From positions 4,518,699 through 4,582,698 of the forward strand of contig CM082581.2 in assembly GCA_040954595.2 (NCBI GenBank): DNA of 64,000 bases, read 5' to 3'. The translations under genes and the position numbers were made by a program. This document shows, one piece after another, positions 57,501 to 64,000 of this stretch. Every line of letters starts with the position of its first letter. The first letter of the stretch is position 1. A model generated the notes under the pieces. That model saw only the letters and a list, made by a program, of their open reading frames with translations, had not been told where the DNA came from and ran no database searches. Source of the stretch: Balanoglossus misakiensis (taxonomy: Eukaryota; Animalia; Hemichordata).

Positions 57501-60500
57501 GATTTAAAAAAAAATGATTAAGTTTTGACATGAATTTATGATTATCTCTCTTTGATTTCGTAGTTGTCCCCGCAATACATACAAAAATTACTCATAATGT
57601 TTGGCCACACACACTCAAGAATTAGTATTAATGGTGAAGAATAGCTCATCATATCACTATAAAATTTAATGTTAGGTATTTATACAGCAATCTCAAATAA
57701 ATTCATATCATGAAAAACTTTTATGGCCTTTTGCTGTGGCGACACAGTGCAACGTACAAAGAGTCTTAACCTTTGTAACAAGATTATAGCTCACATAAAG
57801 TTATTGAAATGACCTCAAACAAAGTCACCCAGAATTCTGACTAAAATATAACTTTTTTATGACTTGTTGCCTTCTTATTCCCTGTGCGGTTGGAATTCTC
57901 ATGGCTTGAAAATTTGCAGATGGTTGGCATATCAAATTGATTTTAGGAGAGTTCTAAAAAATACAATATCATGTCACACTTTAATAATACAATCCTATAA
58001 TATCACAGTATTAATTTTCCCTGAACAATTACAATGCTCATGAAAATATTCGCTTTCCTGTCACTCGAGTTTAAAACTAACCTGTGCAAAAAGCTGTTCA
58101 AGCACAGTTGCCTCTGCCATAATGTGTCAACACTTGGGGGCTACAGTACCTAAAATATACATATACTGCATCCGATTTTGCTGATAAATTTTTTACGAAA
58201 TCAGCCATATTTCATGCCGGACCACTTAAGCCGTTTTGTAAGTATGGACAAGAAGATACGATTACTTGACAGCACAGAATTTCCATAGGTGCCATCAAAT
58301 CTTTTGATTGGGATTTCTATTCCCGACGGGTGCATATGAATATTGCTGGGCAATAATTTCTTCGAGGGAAAGTTGAATCAGTTGGTTCCTGCAGGCACCT
58401 TTAATGTGGACAGTATCGGCGCATTCCGTTGGAAGCTGCAGAACTGATCCGATCAGCAACTGTGAAGTAATGTATACACTTGTGTACGATACACGCAATT
58501 GGAATCGAAATTGTCAATATTCCAGGAGGGGTTGATATCCATGATACCAGGTAATCCGACACAGATGTGAAACAATAGCTAATTAAATTTGCCCTTTTCA
58601 CTTATCTGTCAAATTGAATTCAAGGCTGAACTGCAGTGAACTGTACTTGTTTTCAACCACGCAATTTCAGCAGAAGTCAATATACGATATTCTAGAAGTC
58701 AAGTCACCTATGAACTTTGACATCCAGGATGCTGACAGCATATTTGATGGCACAAAATGTAATACACACGCAAACCAGTTCAACGTGACTGCCCACCGAA
58801 AAATGTGCCTAAAAATATTAATTCATTAAAAAAAACAGGATAGTAAGGATTATGAATACATTTTTCACACCTCAAATTTGAAATCCAATAATTGAGAATT
58901 TTCCTTATATTTTTACTGAAAATTCCAACTGCAGTTCAAACAGAGGACAGAGCCATGCTTACTTGTAAAATTATTATTTCTTAAACTTATTAAAGAACAC
59001 TTGGAAGATATTGTAAAGATCTCATCTGCATTCACAATGAAGACAAAAGCGAACCATTCATGTCTACTCACAATTTTGTCTGTGCGTCTACCTAAATGCA
59101 TACATGGATAATTTACATACATGGATTTTGTATACACAGTTTCTTTTTTAAATATAAACTGGACCATATTTTCAGTGTACATTCCTTTTGTGGCATTTGA
59201 ATAACTGGATATTTGAACAAGCCATGTGTGGTGGTAGAGTTAATCGTACGGGTGATTTATTATATATTAATTTTTTTTAACAGAAATATAAAATTTTACA
59301 GTATTCCCATTTATTTAGTTATGGTGTTCCCTGCTATGGCTGGCATACACATTGATAACACATGTACATTTACTGGATAAAAGTTGACAACATTATATAA
59401 GCATGGTCTTTGTCAAAAACTGGTCTAAATATGTTTTATATCATGACTTTTTAAGTGTTCAGGTACACGGACAAGCTGAGCTGGCATTATACTTCAATTA
59501 ATTTTATTTCATATATGTATAGTACATTTTGTATGTGTCTATGCAAACTGTAACATGTTGAATTATAAGCCATTGCAAATCTCCTATAACTTAGAGTGTG
59601 GAGGCATGCCAAGCAAATACCAGTAGCAGAATAACATTCTGGTATACACCATAAAATATCCATCAAGAATATGTTACATTTTTAATTCAGGCTACATGTA
59701 TGAGCCGATATTCATGTAGAGTATAGTATAGGTAAAGTTTTGAATACATCAACATCGGTAAATATCATACAGGTGATTTGCTCAGGACGATTTTCCAGAC
59801 TTCAAGCAAAAGTGTGTAAATGCAACAAAATATGAATTATCACACATACATGTATGTAACCTATGTAAGTTGTTTTATGGTTTAAAGTTAGGTTTTCCCT
59901 GTTTATTAGTCGATAAGGGGACACAACATTTAATGGACCACACACAGAAAAACACTCATTGGAACTAGAACTTAGAAGCAAAAGTCTTTTAGTCACATTA
60001 TTAGAATGGGATGAGATGGATCAAAATAGGCAAAGCTAGGGGGTCTTTAGTGACATATGGCTGAAAACTGTGACCTATGGGGTCAATAGAAACTTGTCAC
60101 ACACTAATATGGCCCCTACCCACACCATGGTTCTTGTTTTTGGAAAATATATCTCAACACCTCAGTTTTCATTATGTATGGAAAAAAACATGTCAAATTT
60201 GTTTCTTGCTTGATATTTTTTTGTAGCAACCAGGAAGAAAAATTAACAGATTTTAGTTCTTCAATAATTTAATTTTTTGAGATAAATGATTATAAATGCA
60301 CATTTTATTTTTAAACAACAATGTGGAAATATTGCTATCAATTTTTCTGGCTGCCCAGTTCTTCCTTCCTTGAGTTGTAATTGACAAGGTGACATCATTT
60401 ATGTGTGATAGTGAGGTATTCATTCAGATGACAATTTGTTTAATAATGTTCATTTCTTTTCAAAACAGAATCAAACTTACTTCAGGATAAACTTTACACC

Positions 60501-62464
60501 AGTAAATAAACTTATATTTTAAATATGACTCCATCCTGCTGTTAAATGTATTTTTGTACATATTTAATAATTCAGATGAATTTCTATATGTTAAAAACAT
60601 ACTTTTTCATTATATTCAAAGAATTTATCTTTTACACCAAGGATATGTTTAAAACTTTAATATTATTGAATAGGACTCTCCATTGAATGTCCACATAGAA
60701 GTTCTACTATTGAAATAACTGCCAGATGAATTAACCCCGGCCATAGAATCAATTGCAGTTATACAGAGATTTCGCCTTTAGAAGGTCATACCACTTTGTA
60801 GCCTGGCTAATTCCCAGTTGATATCTCTGCTTTGCCAGCCAGCTCTTGCCGGCCAGGCTATCTCGCCTCTTCCCACTCACTGTCAAATCCGCCAACATCA
60901 GTTTTATCCACAAAATCAAATCTGAACCACAAAATGGGAAGAAAAAAAAACATCTCTAGCTCCCAGATAAACATTTCTTCACTTTTGGTTTTCTGTGCTT
61001 GTTTTTTTTTTTATTTAATATCTCCAAGTGAGTCTATTTCAACCCATCGACTCTTTGTGTCCTAAATTGCCAGACACATTCTGTGATTTAAACATAGGAT
61101 GGTAGGTTTATGTGAATTTTTTAAATACAATTTTTTACATTACATCTTTTAGTAATAGAGCTGGAGTGCCCATCAAGACTGCTGGAATATGCTATTTCTA
61201 AATCTCTAAATGTATATTTAAAATGTTACAGGCCAAGCTTTTGTTTATTCTAATTATTAAACCTTAATAATTGTATTTTCCAGGTAAATCTAGGAAGTCA
61301 CTTTATATTTCTGTACCTTGGAAGTATTATTTATCTTGACTGGTTGAAATATACACCGACCTAACAATGTTGCAACCATTCCTTTGTTATGGGGATTAAA
61401 TGTGCAGCCCAGTCCATTCAAAGTCACATACAATTGTAGGGTCCGCAGCTACAGGCAAGATGAGGGACCCATGCGGAGTTGGAAGAGTCAACTCTTTTTT
61501 TCAAAAAGTGCATAATTTCTGCCATACTATTGGATAAAATAGTTGCCTCGCAAACATGAACAGTGACGTCTTGCGTTGGTAGCGTGAGAAAAATGCAGCT
61601 ACGCCACTCGGTGATGGTCCTGCCCACCCCTATCGGTGAATGCAACAATCCTGCTTCTGCTACACATGTACGGCCTTTCCTTGCATTCAATGTTTTAAGG
61701 TCACTTCGCAGTACGAAAAAATTATACGGAGATGTACCCACTTCAACAAACACACGCAATATTCTCCTGCAGCTACAAGAAACACACCGCCATCAAATAC
61801 TCCAGAATTGTGTAAGAAACATGACACAAAATAAATTAAAATTATCAGCCCCAGATGAGTACCAATAAAATATACATAAACTGCACATGGTCCAGAATAT
61901 AATCAATATGCTGACAATTATAATATTATGGAGTGGGTTTCAGCAACAATCTGAATATTTTGTATTTTCCACCAAAAAACAGTTTACAATATTTAGGGAA
62001 GTCAGTTCATGATACTGCTAGGGGAATTTCACCCCAAAAAATAAAATGTAAGTCGGAGCTGGAAGCACACACACGATGATGTGATATCCTGTCAGGGAAA
62101 CGAAGACTGTCAGTGAGCAAGACATCCTCGTTAGTTTGACCAACGCTGGCAGCTTATTCGACGAGTGAAATATTTATTAGTAGTGGAGTATATTTTAATT
62201 AAGATACGGCCAACAGTTACTTGATATTTGAAGTTGGTTGCTAATTGATTTATACCTCTCTTGTGTTACAAACGGTGTGGGGGGAACACAGCTGGAACGA
62301 TTACAATAGGGGGTGAATAGGGAAAGAAAAGAAAAACTTACCTCTGTTCTCTGCTGTAGACGTTTGTTTAATTCGTATATTCTATAGTCGGGCTGGCTAA
62401 CAAATGGTGTGTGTCTCCTGTAATAAAGAGCAGCAAAAGGACTGAAGTCAGCCGCGGCCATCAT
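45547..62464 (-). CDS. LDB2: LIM domain-binding protein (LDB1/2, Chip orthologue), 374 aa with one of two alternative fifth exons
   Basis: Exons in transcript order: 62464-62342, 54483-54381, 52676-52504, 51752-51630, [50198-50109 or 50031-49942], 48988-48865, 47287-47133, 45780-45547. Motifs RRHTP..DYRIYELNKRLQ, DNLWWDAF, IGRTLIPRYF, EFTFDDLMRI, TLNYLRLCVILEPMQELMSRHK, NLS KRRKRK, LID DVMVVGEPSLMGGEFGEEDERLITRLQN. Additional upstream exons may lie beyond the window. Confidence 0.95.
49493..49587. mobile_element. ~95-bp piggyBac-like MITE (TTAA-CCCT...AGGG-TTAA), family C
   Basis: TTAACCCTTTCACC ... GGTGAAAGGGTTAA. Further copies at 52828-52923 and 39855-39953. Confidence 0.8.
49942..50031 (-). 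CDS. LDB2: LDB alternative exon 5b (YHTQDPQMLDYLSINLTRQGLTNYTLNYLR), paralogous duplicate of 5a
   Basis: tgttcacag| acceptor, 90 nt, phase 0-0, AGG|gtaagc donor. 24/30 aa identical to 5a with many silent changes. Confidence 0.85.
50109..50198 (-). CDS. LDB2: LDB alternative exon 5a (YHSQDPQMLEQLSKNITRQGLTNQTLNYLR)
   Basis: ttttacag| acceptor, 90 nt, phase 0-0, AGG|gtaagc donor. This copy is closest to the vertebrate DPQMLDQLSKNITR sequence. Confidence 0.9.
52828..52923. mobile_element. piggyBac-like MITE family C copy
   Basis: TTAACCCTCTCA...CATGGTTCAGTCCAAACCTATTGTTT...GAACTGGGGATGAAAGGGTTAA. Confidence 0.8.
55332..55581. mobile_element. MITE family A, copy 2 (TTAA-AGGG...CT-TTAA; Kolobok/T2-like ends), in an LDB intron
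   Basis: TTAAAGGGAAGGGGTCTTCGCACCGCGTG ... CACGGCGCGACGACCCCTTCGCTTTAA. Interior is the reverse complement of 4600-4810. Confidence 0.8.
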
Positions 62465-64000
62465 GACAAGGGGCAAAGTCACTGCCACACGCACAAAACT
62501 ACATTGTCACGCCACTGGGTGCAACTTGGCCGTCTGCAGTTGGACACACATTGGACAAGGTGAGAGCAGGCAGACTGTGGGCAATTCCTGGCAGAACCCT
62601 ACATGTGTATGTTGCATTTTAAATGGTGTGCTAAATTTGGTCCAGCCTGCCTCCTGATTGGTCCGCGCCGATGTCTCTGCAATTCAAATGAGATGCGCTA
62701 GCCGGGGCATTTACATCTAACTCAAAACTGGCTGTATTCATTTAACAAAGTATCACTGGCACACTTTCATTTTCCACATAAAACACAGCACAAAAAAAGA
62801 GAGAGCATTTTTTCGTGCAGTGTCTTCGAACGGGAAGCAAAGTGTTTGTTTCCATGCGAATAATATCCTCGGGGGAACACAGAGGCCATTTTTTGTCACT
62901 TCACCATCGCATTTTTTTTTGCCAGCCCAGATTAGTAGCAAACGCGCAGCACAATGTAACACAGATAATTATATTCAACACAATATCTTTGTCTCTGACG
63001 GGACAGAAGAAACCCCCTTACATTTGCTCATCGGTGGTGTTGTTACAGCTATTATACCAGCTAGCGCAAGTGATACTGTCATTTGCACTGGGACTAAAAC
63101 CTCCCTTTCGGTGGCCTCCTGTAGTACATGCAAAGCCTTCACAAACAATTACGGGTCAAGGGGCCCACCACCTCTCCCTACTCACACAATCCCAGGTCAG
63201 ACTAACTGAGATATTCAACTCCAACATGCCATCCATCCAATATTTCCAAATTCAACCACAAAATTTATGTGTCAATAAAGCTGCCACTCCAAGAAACAAG
63301 AATATCATATTTCATATTTGGTGAAATATTTTTTTATCTGTGCAGTGTACACAGCACAAAGTATTTTGAATATTGTATATAAAAAATCTTTGTTTCAAAT
63401 TTGGATATATCTGAAACAACACACACACATAGCCTTTCGTATTCATTTTGCTATTCTTTGCCGTTATATTTCTTAAGTGATTTCTTTATATGCCAATCAT
63501 TGTATTATTTTTTTGTAATCCTAAAAGGAATTCAATCAACAAATACATTCACTGGCTCATATTAACATGCACACACATGTGCATCATGAATTGTATTATT
63601 AGAGGGACCGCTATCATATTTTATACTTTTGTTTTTTCCCCCAGTCATTTTCACTTATCAATGACAGTTTCTTGTTCTACTCCCTGTATCATGATAAACT
63701 GCTCCCTATTCAGCAGATCAACAGTATACAAATTGATGTGTAATGACTGCAGTTGTTGACAAATTAAATCACGACTTTAGTTCAATGTTTACAAATATAA
63801 CAATGTATACTGAACAGGGTGAATCGGCCATTTCATCATCAAGATGCGGTCATAACAAAGAACTGATGATTCACCTAACATAAAATAATTAAAGATCGAT
63901 TATACATTGTAGCTACATGTACATGCACTGTTGATAGTATACAAAATCTGCAATTTTTTTTTAACTTTCTTGAAGTATCAAGCTTATAGTTTGTTATTCT

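Noticed and set aside
60799-60860. Short TAGCCTGGC...GCCAGGCTA inverted repeat
   Set aside because: Only 9-bp arms and a single copy in the window; possibly a tiny MITE but the evidence is too thin.
62815-63324. Overlapping 169-aa and 129-aa plus-strand ORFs
   Set aside because: Antisense to the LDB 5' region with no domain signatures.

Overview
AT-rich, intron-rich invertebrate animal DNA (probably a non-vertebrate deuterostome such as a hemichordate or echinoderm; taxon is inferred, not proven). No prokaryotic features, RNA genes or CRISPR arrays were found. Four spliced genes were rebuilt by hand from GT-AG sites with consistent exon phases. (1) + strand 20558-29837: a 15-exon, 810-aa type I membrane receptor with the architecture signal peptide - cadherin-like - unassigned beta/Ig-like - EGF - Ig - EGF - HYR - TM - TIR, with no LRRs. 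(2) + strand 31430-32534: a C19orf12/Nazo-family protein. (3) + strand 34524-40295: cytosolic aspartate aminotransferase GOT1, 9 exons. (4) - strand 62464-45547: a LIM-domain-binding protein (LDB/Chip). The two main discoveries are the mosaic cadherin/EGF/Ig/HYR-TIR receptor, and a tandem-duplicated, probably mutually exclusive pair of 90-nt LDB exons at the dimerization-domain/LCCD junction. That exon pair is separated by a 77-nt intron and preceded by a TGCATG element and a long stem-loop. The first 20 kb is mostly repeats and non-coding DNA, possibly with a decayed Ig-TM-TIR relic. Several MITE families (TTAA- and TTA-flanked) and microsatellites are scattered throughout.
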